Positions 29,415 to 38,310 of a stretch of 64,000 nt of DNA are shown piece after piece (the first letter of the stretch is position 1; each line of letters opens with the position of its first letter). Source of the DNA: an uncultured Acidobacteriota bacterium. GTDB taxonomy: Bacteria > Acidobacteriota > Thermoanaerobaculia > Multivoradales > JAHEKO01. The position numbers and the translations under genes are program-made. The notes beneath the pieces were generated by a model. It made no database searches, was not told the origin of the DNA, and saw only the letters and a program-made list of their open reading frames with translations. Location of the stretch: the NCBI GenBank assembly GCA_963713825.1, contig CAVQNG010000014.1:224001-288000 (forward strand). The letters are read 5' to 3'.

Positions 29415-29996
29415 TTGACAGCGACGAAGGCAGCTCTGGTGGTCTCGATGTCGATGCTGGCATGGTCCTGCGCCACCGTCGATCGACAGGCTGACGATTT
29501 GTTCGCGGCCGGGGAGTACGTCCAGGCGGCCAGAGCTTATGAGGCCTATCTCGATTCTGGACCCGAATCGGGTCCAGGCACTTCGAAGGCCCTCTACCGT
29601 CTGGCTGTTACCTACGGCTCAGCGACCAGTTCCCTCTACGATCCTGAGCAGTCCGTGGCCTTGCTGCAGGAGCTCCTGTCAGGGGATCCGGATGGAGAGT
29701 ACTCCCTGGCAGCTGAAGTCATGCTTCAGCAGCAGAAGGAGATCGTTGGTCTCACCGCCGTTGTGGCCTCCCGGCGCGACCTGATCCGGAACCTGATCGA
29801 CGATCTCTCGAGGCTTCAAGAGGATCTTGAACGAACCGAGACTGAGGTCGGCGAGAGAAACGAGACGGTCCAGGATCTGTCGGATCGCATCGAACGACTC
29901 CGCCGAGAAATAGCCCATCTTTCCAAACAACTCTCCGAGCGAGAGTCGGAGCTGGAAAAGCTCAAGGAGATCGACCTGGAAGTTCCCCCCATCTGA
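29415..29996 (+). CDS. Lipoprotein with TPR-like helices and C-terminal coiled coil (QseG-like)
   Basis: LAWSC lipobox; ALYRLAV helix; ends ELEKLKEIDL; start uncertain (TTG 29415 or ATG 29448). Confidence 0.65.
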   Translation: MTATKAALVVSMSMLAWSCATVDRQADDLFAAGEYVQAARAYEAYLDSGPESGPGTSKALYRLAVTYGSATSSLYDPEQSVALLQELLSGDPDGEYSLAAEVMLQQQKEIVGLTAVVASRRDLIRNLIDDLSRLQEDLERTETEVGERNETVQDLSDRIERLRREIAHLSKQLSERESELEKLKEIDLEVPPI

Positions 29997-30116
29997 GGGG
30001 CCGGGTATTGAATCGTGCAGCCCTCCTTTCTATGATCTGTCCAGAAGGTTGATCCTGAGCGGGGTCACCTTGTCTGAATTCATCTCTTGCAAGTACTCAA
30101 CATCGAGGAAATTGTC

Positions 30117-31352
30117 ATGTTTCGATCTACAACGTCTGTCATCACGGTCGCTTTGGTGTCGATGGTCTGGGTGTTTTCGTGTGCTCCTCAGGAGCCTGTA
30201 GCCCCGGCCGCGGAGGAAGTTGTCGAACAGGAAGCGCTACCCAATGGAATTCTCGTGTCGCTAGCCGTTCTGGACAAGGACGCGGATGGCAAGCCCGTCC
30301 CACAGCCAGCGCGGATGGGAATCTTGACTGCCGGTGATAGCGGCTGGACCTATCGCTATCTGGAGGACCGGGACAGCAACGTCTTCCATAAGACGATGGC
30401 GTACCCGCTGGTTGGCGGTGAGCAGGGGGTTCTCACCTTTGGTGGTACCCAGGCGGCCGTCAAGATCTTGCGGAGTGGAGCAGAGCCGGAAGTGATCTGG
30501 GAGGCAGACTTTGGCGGCAAGTTCAGTCGTATGAGAGATGGTGAAGTGGCGGACATCTACGGCGACGGACTGTCGTCGATCGCGGTAGCCACGCACGATC
30601 AGGGTGTCGTGGCAGTGCTGCGCCCTGATGGGGAGGGTGGCTTCGCTGTCGAGGAGCTGGATCGCGAGGAGGACACGTTCGTGCACGAAATCGAGATCGG
30701 CGATCTGGCGGGCGACGGAGTGCTCGAGATCTACGCGACTCCCAGCGAGCCCAACAAGATGGACGGTTCTCCCCAGCCCGGCAAGGTGGTGCGCTACATT
30801 CCTTCGACCGAGGAGGGCAGGACCGTCGTGGCGGATCTCGGTGATCGGCATGCCAAGGAGATTCTGGTAGCCGACGTCGACGGTGATGGAACCGATGAGC
30901 TGTATGTTTCTGTCGAAGCGGTCTCTGGGGGTGAGGTCGAGATCCGTCGCTACGATGCCGAGACCGATCCGGCCGAAGGCATGGTGATCGCGACCTTGGA
31001 CGACTCTCTCTGTCGGTTCCTGACTGCCGGAGATGTCGATGGTGATGGACGCAAGGAGATGGTGGCGGCGGCATTCAAGAGTGGTCTCTGGCTGCTCAGG
31101 CCCAGTGAGGCCGGTTGGTCAGTCGAGTCCATCGACAAGGACTCCTCAGGGTTCGAGCATGCCGCCATCTTGACCGACCTGGATGAGGATGGGGTCGATG
31201 AGCTGTACGTCGCGAGCGATCGGGACAACGAGATTCGCCGCTACGTCTGGCGTGATGGTCAGCCTGAGCGTCAGGTCATTCACCGCCATACCGACGGTCT
31301 GAGCCGCTTTACCTGGAACCTCATGCCGGTGCCGGTCGAATCGCTGCCCTAG
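30117..31352 (+). CDS. FG-GAP/VCBS repeat lipoprotein
   Basis: VFSC lipobox; repeated D.DGDG..E motifs (DIYGDG, DLAGDG, DVDGDG x2, DLDEDG). Confidence 0.8.
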   Translation: MFRSTTSVITVALVSMVWVFSCAPQEPVAPAAEEVVEQEALPNGILVSLAVLDKDADGKPVPQPARMGILTAGDSGWTYRYLEDRDSNVFHKTMAYPLVGGEQGVLTFGGTQAAVKILRSGAEPEVIWEADFGGKFSRMRDGEVADIYGDGLSSIAVATHDQGVVAVLRPDGEGGFAVEELDREEDTFVHEIEIGDLAGDGVLEIYATPSEPNKMDGSPQPGKVVRYIPSTEEGRTVVADLGDRHAKEILVADVDGDGTDELYVSVEAVSGGEVEIRRYDAETDPAEGMVIATLDDSLCRFLTAGDVDGDGRKEMVAAAFKSGLWLLRPSEAGWSVESIDKDSSGFEHAAILTDLDEDGVDELYVASDRDNEIRRYVWRDGQPERQVIHRHTDGLSRFTWNLMPVPVESLP

Positions 31353-31422
31353 GTTCACGCCATCGGCCCTGCCAGCACGCTCTCGAGGGCTGGGCCCGGG
31401 GATGGGGCGCACAGCTGGCGCT

Positions 31423-32145
31423 TCAGGAGCTCAGGTCGAGGATCCAGGCGTCGCGGACGGAGTCTTCTACGACCGCTCGGGCGAGGTTGTACCATCGACT
31501 GCACTTGTCCAGGATTGCGCTGTCGGCCGTGGCTACGATGGTGGTCGACTCCATCAGGAGTTGGTCGGTTCGAGAGGTGAGCTCGACGCTCCACGAGGAT
31601 TCGTTTTCCACAACCGTTTCTTCGATCAGTCTCTTGAGACGAGCACTGTTGGACACCGGGCGGTCCAGGCACCACAGCACTCTGCTGCAGCCGACTCCGT
31701 CGAGATGCCGCGCGATCAGCTCGACGGCCTGGCGCGTGACGGCGACTCTTCGGTAGTGGCGACTCATGGCGGCGAGGTCTCGGAGGGCACCGTCACGACC
31801 CAATAGGAGGAGTCCGTCCGACAGAGCGGCTTCGATTGTGAGCAGCACGTTGTAGCCATCGACGCTGAGGCTTTGACCTCTCAGGTATTCGGGCGCTACC
31901 CGCCGCTGCTCGCGGTTGGTGCAATTTCGATCACTGGCGGCGCACCGACGAAGGGCTTTCCTCTGGCGATCGCGGAGAAGGTGGCGATCTCCGACCAGCG
32001 GCAGTGCTGCCTTCATCGAATAGCCGCGAGAGAGGAGCCAGGAAAGGTCCTGGACTGCAATCCGCAGGGTGGGCAGTGCAGTCGCCGAAAAGCAGCCTTC
32101 GTCCTTGGGATGGGGTCCGCGGGAAGTCCGTCGGTCTGGGCTCAC
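31423..32145 (-). CDS. DUF434 (PIN-like) domain protein
   Basis: LSWLLSRGY, VGDRH.L, VDGYNVLLTIE, DG.LRDLA, LDRPVSNS, ATADSAILD. Confidence 0.85.
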   Translation of the reverse strand: MSPDRRTSRGPHPKDEGCFSATALPTLRIAVQDLSWLLSRGYSMKAALPLVGDRHLLRDRQRKALRRCAASDRNCTNREQRRVAPEYLRGQSLSVDGYNVLLTIEAALSDGLLLLGRDGALRDLAAMSRHYRRVAVTRQAVELIARHLDGVGCSRVLWCLDRPVSNSARLKRLIEETVVENESSWSVELTSRTDQLLMESTTIVATADSAILDKCSRWYNLARAVVEDSVRDAWILDLSS

Positions 32146-32206
32146 GAGTGCTCCTGTAAGGGGGGTCTAGTGTAAGAAGTGTGCAGCCCTCTTCTCGACT
32201 TGGAGC

Positions 32207-33760
32207 TCAATGCAGGGGTATCGGTCTGAGGCGACTCATGACGGCCCGGAGAATGAGCTCTCGGGCCCGGCCGGCGGGCACGCCGAGGTTCGAGCCACCA
32301 AACTCGGGAACGACGGCTGTGGTGACTGCGACGACATGCCCGTTCAAGTCCAGAACCGGACCGCCGCTACCGCCACGAGTAGTCTCAGCATCGTAGACGA
32401 TCGCCGTAGGGACGACCTGAGCCACGATACCTCGGCTCGCCAGTGGCGCAATATGCCCTTTGCGGGCCAGAAGAGCGGCCACAGCCCAGAAGTCCAGGTC
32501 CTGGTTGCGAGACAGCTCGAGCATGAAGGCCTCGTCAGCCCTGGCCAACAGGGCTCGAATGCCTGTCGGGTAGCCGAGGACGATGACTTCGTCTCCACTG
32601 TCGGGCGAACGATCTGAGAGGGGGAGAGTGTCGACGGTTCCCGCGATCGCGCCGCATTCCAGGACGGCGAGGTCAGCGACATCGCTCGCCACGACCAGTC
32701 CGACTTCGAACGCTTCGGGGATTCCGGGGAGATATCCCTGGAGCCGGCGCATGACGGGCATCAGACCCTGGGCCATCACCATCTTGGCAGCTTCGTCGTA
32801 CTCCCAAGGTAGGACTACGTGGCGATTGGTGATCAACAGTCCGTCTCCTGTGACGACGAAAGCCGTGCCTGTGAAGAACGACTCGACGATTGGACCGTGG
32901 CCGCCGAGCGCGACCAGAGGCGCTCCCTCGGGACTCCGCAGCGGTAGTCCGTCCTCACCGATGCCGGCGAATCGGAGAGGCTCCCCGCTGACGGGATCGA
33001 CAAAGCCATAGGCGCCCTGCAGCAGCACGACGGATGCCGATGCGGCAGCGACAACCCTGGACGGAGCCTCGGAACGGTCCTCGAGTGCTTGCACTCTTTC
33101 GAGGGCTGTCGAAATAGCCACTCGAACCGACTCGAGGTCCTCTGGCGCCAGGCCGCGATTGTCCTCACTCTCCAGCAGTTGTGAGATTCCTTCGACTTTG
33201 AGTACCTCCTCCGACAAGCGGTGCTCCAAACGGAAACTATGAAAGGCCAGGTACCCGGTGGTGAGGACCAGGGCTCCCAGCAAGAAGACCAGAACGGCGC
33301 GAAACGTCGCGGAAGTCTGGGTGGCCATCTCCTTTGGGGCGCCCGCCAGGATGAGCGCAGCCTGATTGATCCTCGAGTCGGTGCGATAGCGCGCGCAATC
33401 GACGCAATCTGAGAAGGCCTCTGAGAAAGTCTTGGCCGCTTCCGAACCGGGGGGGTAGAGACGAAAGCGAAGAATCGGACCATCTCGCCCGATCTCCAGG
33501 AGGTCGCCGGAGGCCAGCAAGGCTTCTTGCTTTTGCTCGCCGTTGACCCATACCTCTTCACCAGGTTCGACCAGCAGCTCGTAGGTGTTCTGCCTGCGGT
33601 GCAGGGTGGCGTGTCGTTCTGCGACGCAAGGCTCGGGCGAGACCCGGATTTCCAGCTCGGGACTGTCACCGATGCGGAGAATGTCTCCGCGCAACCGCTG
33701 GGTAGTACCTCGGCGAAGACCCGAGAGATGGACGATGACCGGAATCGGCTGGTTGGTCAC
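32207..33760 (-). CDS. FHA-like + TM + coiled coil + trypsin-like (S1C) serine protease
   Basis: GTAF, TNRHV, DLAVL, LGYP, GGSGGP; degenerate N-terminal FHA. Confidence 0.85.
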   Translation of the reverse strand: MTNQPIPVIVHLSGLRRGTTQRLRGDILRIGDSPELEIRVSPEPCVAERHATLHRRQNTYELLVEPGEEVWVNGEQKQEALLASGDLLEIGRDGPILRFRLYPPGSEAAKTFSEAFSDCVDCARYRTDSRINQAALILAGAPKEMATQTSATFRAVLVFLLGALVLTTGYLAFHSFRLEHRLSEEVLKVEGISQLLESEDNRGLAPEDLESVRVAISTALERVQALEDRSEAPSRVVAAASASVVLLQGAYGFVDPVSGEPLRFAGIGEDGLPLRSPEGAPLVALGGHGPIVESFFTGTAFVVTGDGLLITNRHVVLPWEYDEAAKMVMAQGLMPVMRRLQGYLPGIPEAFEVGLVVASDVADLAVLECGAIAGTVDTLPLSDRSPDSGDEVIVLGYPTGIRALLARADEAFMLELSRNQDLDFWAVAALLARKGHIAPLASRGIVAQVVPTAIVYDAETTRGGSGGPVLDLNGHVVAVTTAVVPEFGGSNLGVPAGRARELILRAVMSRLRPIPLH

Positions 33761-33908
33761 TGCATGACCCTAGTGCCAGGCTCTGTGGAGGGCGAAGCGG
33801 GGCATTCCACGTCGCTGTCTCCGGCTCCATGAATAGGCGTTCTCCTCAACCAGAGATACGGCAGAAGTCTAGCAGTTGGATCCGACCCCATCGGCGGAGC
33901 CGCGTCCG

Positions 33909-34247
33909 TCAACCGAGTCGATACCGTTCACGGAGTCGAGCGCTACGGAAGACCAGTGCCGAGGCGAGAGTGAACAGGCAGACGGCCCCCAAGATGACGG
34001 CCGATCGCGCCCATGGCATGCCCTGGTGTTGTCGTTGCAGGGCCAGGATCACCGCTGTTCGCAACCACTCGAGACTGGCGAGGACGAGAACCCCTTGAAT
34101 GAGCCGCGCCACCCAACCCTCTCGCAGGAAGAGGAGACCGAGGAGTATCAGGGGCACGATAATGAGGAAACTCATGTTGTGTCTCGAGAAATGGGCCCCC
34201 AGGAGCAGCAGACTGAGGATCACCGGCAGCAGTCGAAGGAAGTTCAA
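33909..34247 (-). CDS. Small integral membrane protein
   Basis: TTG start overlapping upstream TGA; about four hydrophobic segments, AHF.R and PW.R motifs. Confidence 0.75.
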   Translation of the reverse strand: MNFLRLLPVILSLLLLGAHFSRHNMSFLIIVPLILLGLLFLREGWVARLIQGVLVLASLEWLRTAVILALQRQHQGMPWARSAVILGAVCLFTLASALVFRSARLRERYRLG

Positions 34248-35524
34248 AGCAGGGCTCCCAGGAAATCGGCTTCGAAAGCCTCGTTGGTGGCATAGGCGTG
34301 TCCGAAGGTCTGCTCCCAAATGTGCGTCGGTTCCATGCAGAGATAGAAGAAGACGTCCTTCTGCCAGGGCTCTAGTGCCTGCAAGAGATGCCGAAACAAC
34401 TCCAGCTTGATGCTGTCCGGGTAGGTCAGTTTGCCGTGGGCGTCGGGCACCAGCTCCATCTGGAGAATTTTTGTCTCACCACCCCGGCGCCGAATTTCTT
34501 GCACTACCGGCTTGATCAGAGTGACCGAGCCCATGGATAAGAATGCCACTTCTTCTGTCTCGAAGCGTTGCACGAGCTTCTGGGCAACCTCGCTGTAGTC
34601 CTCTTGCCAGCCGCGATAGTGCACCATGGGATGGAAGTGGAAGGCGATCCTGATCCCCTTGTCTGCCACCTGGCGGGCCGCCTCGAGACGACGACGCAGA
34701 TCGGCCGTGTGGTGCTCCTCGTTGCGAATCAAGGTGTCCGTGGAGAGTGACCAGCTACAGACCACGTTCTTCGGTACCCGCCTCTCCAGGAGGTAACGGG
34801 TGTTGGCCGATTTTGTCTTGAGCTCGAGCAGCACATTTGGGTTGTCGGCGGCGAATTCGAGTAGGGATTCCAAGTGTCCGCCTCGGTTTCCCCAGACCAG
34901 TGAGTCCGAGGACTGCCCAGTACCGATGTGGTACCTCCGATCCGGGTCCAACTCGATTGCGGCGAGCTTGCCTGAGAGATCGGCTTCGAGCTCTGCCGTC
35001 TCCCCGTAGAACGTCTGAATCGTGCAGTAGCTGCAACCGAAAGGACAGCCTCTGACCGCGTCGAGCGTATGGAGCCCGCAGCAAACCGTGTGCTCCGAGT
35101 AAGCCGGGCAGAGACCGAGTACTTCCTTGTCCGTCTGGCGCTCCTCGAGACGTACCTGGCGGCGGGCGGGTGGAGTCAAACCCCGCGCCGGGTATGTCTT
35201 GGGACCGCGATCGAGCTCCTGGAGGTGTTGTTGCAGGCCCCGGAAGAGGGCCTTCTTGCGCTCCCTTCCCGCACCAGAGGTGATCGACTCCAGTTGGCTC
35301 CAAACAGGCTCGAATGCCGTCTCGCACCACATTTCGAGATCGCGAGCGGCCTGCGCGGTCAGGCGTAGCTCCTGAAACGTGAAGCGGTAGGTTCGTGCCA
35401 CTGCGAGGAGGAACTGGCGAGTCGAGGGCTCCAGCCGGGGGGCGAGTGTGCGCTCGACGAAGCTCTCCAGCTTGTCTGCATACCCTCCAATCCCGACCGG
35501 GGTCTCTGCGGCAGGTTCCAGCAC
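34244..35524 (-). CDS. Spore photoproduct lyase-family radical SAM protein
   Basis: GCPFGCSYC, IGTGQSSDSL, LELKTKS, SWSL, RRLEAA, FHFHPM, YLCME. Confidence 0.85.
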   Translation of the reverse strand: MLEPAAETPVGIGGYADKLESFVERTLAPRLEPSTRQFLLAVARTYRFTFQELRLTAQAARDLEMWCETAFEPVWSQLESITSGAGRERKKALFRGLQQHLQELDRGPKTYPARGLTPPARRQVRLEERQTDKEVLGLCPAYSEHTVCCGLHTLDAVRGCPFGCSYCTIQTFYGETAELEADLSGKLAAIELDPDRRYHIGTGQSSDSLVWGNRGGHLESLLEFAADNPNVLLELKTKSANTRYLLERRVPKNVVCSWSLSTDTLIRNEEHHTADLRRRLEAARQVADKGIRIAFHFHPMVHYRGWQEDYSEVAQKLVQRFETEEVAFLSMGSVTLIKPVVQEIRRRGGETKILQMELVPDAHGKLTYPDSIKLELFRHLLQALEPWQKDVFFYLCMEPTHIWEQTFGHAYATNEAFEADFLGALL

Positions 35525-36133
35525 CTAGTCAGCTGCTGCGATGGGAACGCAGACCTCGGTCGTGATCCAACGCATGCAGAGATCCGCTCCTGCACCACTC
35601 GGCTCGAACGCGAAGGTGAATTGGTCGATCTCCTCTTCGAGAGCTGTCACGGATGCCTCGTAGCTCAGGACCTCGGAGGCCGCTAGGTCGGCCGCTTCGA
35701 ACTTCTGGGTCTCCATGTCGAACCGTCCGGTACCCGACAGGCCAAGTGCCGAGTTGAACTGCACCGCCCACGTTTCGGGTCCGGGTACCGTGAAGATGGA
35801 GTAGGTGCCGGCTGCGAGCTTCTGGTCGCCGATTCGAACATCTCCGGTCAGGGTGATCTCCGTGGCTTCGTTGGCACCGGTGCGCCAGGTCTTGCCGTAG
35901 GGCACCAGCGCACCGCTGTCCTCGGTGCCGAAAATGTTGTCCCGGCCCCGCATGTAGGGCCGGCTGTAGACGACCTTCACGTAGGTGTCGCCGATAAAGG
36001 TCCGTGCGATTCCGGTCGGACTCGGTCGCCGGGATGGGTGCAAATCCTGGGCTTCGACGGCGGTGGTCGAGAGCCAGGTGCCAAGCAACAACATGCTGGT
36101 CATCAATGCCAAGGTAGTCTTCTTCAGATACAT
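35525..36133 (-). CDS. DUF2911 domain secreted protein
   Basis: RPSP, YSRPY, LVPYGKTWRTGANEAT, GTYSIFT. Confidence 0.9.
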   Translation of the reverse strand: MYLKKTTLALMTSMLLLGTWLSTTAVEAQDLHPSRRPSPTGIARTFIGDTYVKVVYSRPYMRGRDNIFGTEDSGALVPYGKTWRTGANEATEITLTGDVRIGDQKLAAGTYSIFTVPGPETWAVQFNSALGLSGTGRFDMETQKFEAADLAASEVLSYEASVTALEEEIDQFTFAFEPSGAGADLCMRWITTEVCVPIAAAD

Positions 36134-36302
36134 CGCAGCGTCTCCTTGTCTCCAGTTGATTGCGCCCTTCAGAGGCGAGCATCATCGGCTCACCGAACTG
36201 ATCGATTACAAACGTGGCGGGAATTCTAACCGAAGCGCAGGGTATGTCGCTCTTCAACCAGTTCGCGGAGCGACAGGCGGTTGTGACCGATCTAACTTCT
36301 TT

Positions 36303-36474
36303 CAGCGCCGGAAACAGTTGTAATACCTAGCGAGGACAGGCAGGCCAGAATTTCGAGAGTCCCATAGCTCCGGTCGTGGACCAAGCCAGGGGGATTAGGG
36401 GCTTCTCGCGACTCGGTTTCCTGTCCTCGTTCTATTTTCTGACAGCACCTCCCTTCCAAGACTCCCGGTTGCTG
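36303..36474. ncRNA. Candidate structured intergenic RNA (unassigned)
   Basis: Nested inverted repeats including a perfect 10-bp pair (36331-40 / 36420-29); no family recognised. Confidence 0.25.
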
Positions 36475-36578
36475 TGCCATGCCGAACGACCATGGACTGG
36501 CCATATACTTGTCTCGTATCGGAGACGGTGGGCTTCACCATCGACTCTCTAAGACGATATCGGAACGGGGATTTGAAG

Positions 36579-38297
36579 ATGAGACGTGCGCTGATCTTGA
36601 TTGTGCTGATGGCAGCCAATGCGCAGGCTGGGGTCGTGGAACGGTACTTGGAAGCCTATTTCGAGATGTACCCGAGCCGTGCAACTGCGGCAGGAATGCA
36701 CGATCGGGACGACCTCCTCGAGGATTTTTCGGCGGCCAAACTCTCGCAATGGGTGTCCTTCAATTCAGGTGTTGTGGAGGAGCTGAGGAGAGCCTTGGCG
36801 GGCTCCGAAATGGCCTTCGAGGATCGTTTGGATGCCGAGCTACTGCTGCGAGAGGCCGAGCTGCAGGTACTGGACCTGGCACGCCTCGAAAGGCCTCAAA
36901 AGGACCCTCTCTTCTGGACGGGAGTCGTCAGTCAAGCAACGGTGTTCCTGTTGGTACGCGAGGACCTACCGCGCGAAGTGCGCCTGACAGCGGTGGCCTC
37001 GCGAGCGGAACAGATCCCGCGGCTAGCCGCTCAGGCGCGGGCTTCGCTGACCGCGACCGACCCCAGCGCGATATCTCCCGAGCTCTGCCAGCTGGCTTCC
37101 GGCCAGGCGAGGGCCTCCTCCCAGTTCTATACCGAGGGACTCGCTGCGGCGACCCAGGACGAGGACGATCCTCGACTTCGACAGCGTCTGGCGACAGCAG
37201 GGGAGCAAGCGGGACGGGCTCTCTCGGACCTGGCGGGTTTCTTGGAGGAGCTGGGGGAGAAGGCGACCGGTTCGGCTCGCCTCGGAGAGGACTACCGGTC
37301 GAGGTTCGAGATCGTCAACGGAATGACCACTCCGTTGGACGAGGTGTCGAATGGGGCCAAGAAGGACTTGGCCGCAAAAGTCAGCGAGACCGCGGATTTT
37401 GGTCGTAGCGTCTGGACCGAAGTGATGGGCGATGAGGAGCCACCGGCTGACGACAAGCTCCTCGTGCAGGCTCTTTTCGCCAGAATCGGCGAGGATCGGG
37501 CCTCGTCGGTCGACGAGTTCATTGCCGACTATAGGCGACTGGTCGATGAATCTGTGGCCTTCGTAAGGCAGAGGGAGATCATCACGCTGCCGGAGCCTCT
37601 GACCCTTTTCGTCGGACGGTCGCCCGATTTCTTTATCGGTCAGTCGGTTGGAGGGGTTTATCCAGCGGGACCGTTTGCCGCTGCGGACAGCAAAACTCTG
37701 CTCTTTCTACCGACCCCATCGGCCGATGCCTCGGAGGAGCAGCTCGCGGCCTTCTTCCGAGACTTCAACCATCACTTTAACGTTATGATCACGCCGCATG
37801 AATTGATTCCTGGGCACTATCTGCAGCTCAAATGGGCGGCTCGGCACCCGAGAAAGGTACGGGCTCTCTTTGGAGATGGCGTCTATATCGAGGGTTGGGG
37901 GACATTCAGCGAGAGATTGATGCTGGATGTTGGCTGGGGTGGGCCTCTGGATCGACTGGCACACCTGAAGAAGCAGCTCGAGAACATCGCCCGCACCATC
38001 GTAGATATCGGAGTCCATACGCAGGGTATGAGCCGAGAGGAAGTTCTTCGATTGGTTCGGGAGGAGGCCCTGCAGGATGAGCAATTTGCCGACAACATGT
38101 GGTGGAGGGCTCTGACCAGCGCGCCGCAACTGACCTCCTACCATCTTGGCTATCGACAGGTACACGATCTATACGAGGACGTCAGGGCACGGCAGGGAGA
38201 GGATTTCCGATTGCAGGAATTCATGGACGGCATGATGGTTCTGGGGCCGGTTCCTGTGCGTTACTACCGGGAGCAGTTCCTGGGAGGGAGGCCCTGA
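36579..38297 (+). CDS. DUF885 family protein (metallopeptidase-like fold)
   Basis: Signal peptide; HELIPGHYLQ, EGWGTFSE, DIGVH, PQLTSY..G. Confidence 0.9.
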   Translation: MRRALILIVLMAANAQAGVVERYLEAYFEMYPSRATAAGMHDRDDLLEDFSAAKLSQWVSFNSGVVEELRRALAGSEMAFEDRLDAELLLREAELQVLDLARLERPQKDPLFWTGVVSQATVFLLVREDLPREVRLTAVASRAEQIPRLAAQARASLTATDPSAISPELCQLASGQARASSQFYTEGLAAATQDEDDPRLRQRLATAGEQAGRALSDLAGFLEELGEKATGSARLGEDYRSRFEIVNGMTTPLDEVSNGAKKDLAAKVSETADFGRSVWTEVMGDEEPPADDKLLVQALFARIGEDRASSVDEFIADYRRLVDESVAFVRQREIITLPEPLTLFVGRSPDFFIGQSVGGVYPAGPFAAADSKTLLFLPTPSADASEEQLAAFFRDFNHHFNVMITPHELIPGHYLQLKWAARHPRKVRALFGDGVYIEGWGTFSERLMLDVGWGGPLDRLAHLKKQLENIARTIVDIGVHTQGMSREEVLRLVREEALQDEQFADNMWWRALTSAPQLTSYHLGYRQVHDLYEDVRARQGEDFRLQEFMDGMMVLGPVPVRYYREQFLGGRP

Positions 38298-38310
38298 GAT
38301 CTCGGGCCTC

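Noticed and set aside
36303-36474. Naming the hairpin as 6S RNA, SRP RNA or a riboswitch
   Set aside because: I could not recognise any family-specific sequence motif; kept only as an unassigned candidate.
36292-36504. 70-aa minus-strand ORF in the intergenic gap
   Set aside because: No RBS, no motif, and composition unlike the neighbouring genes.
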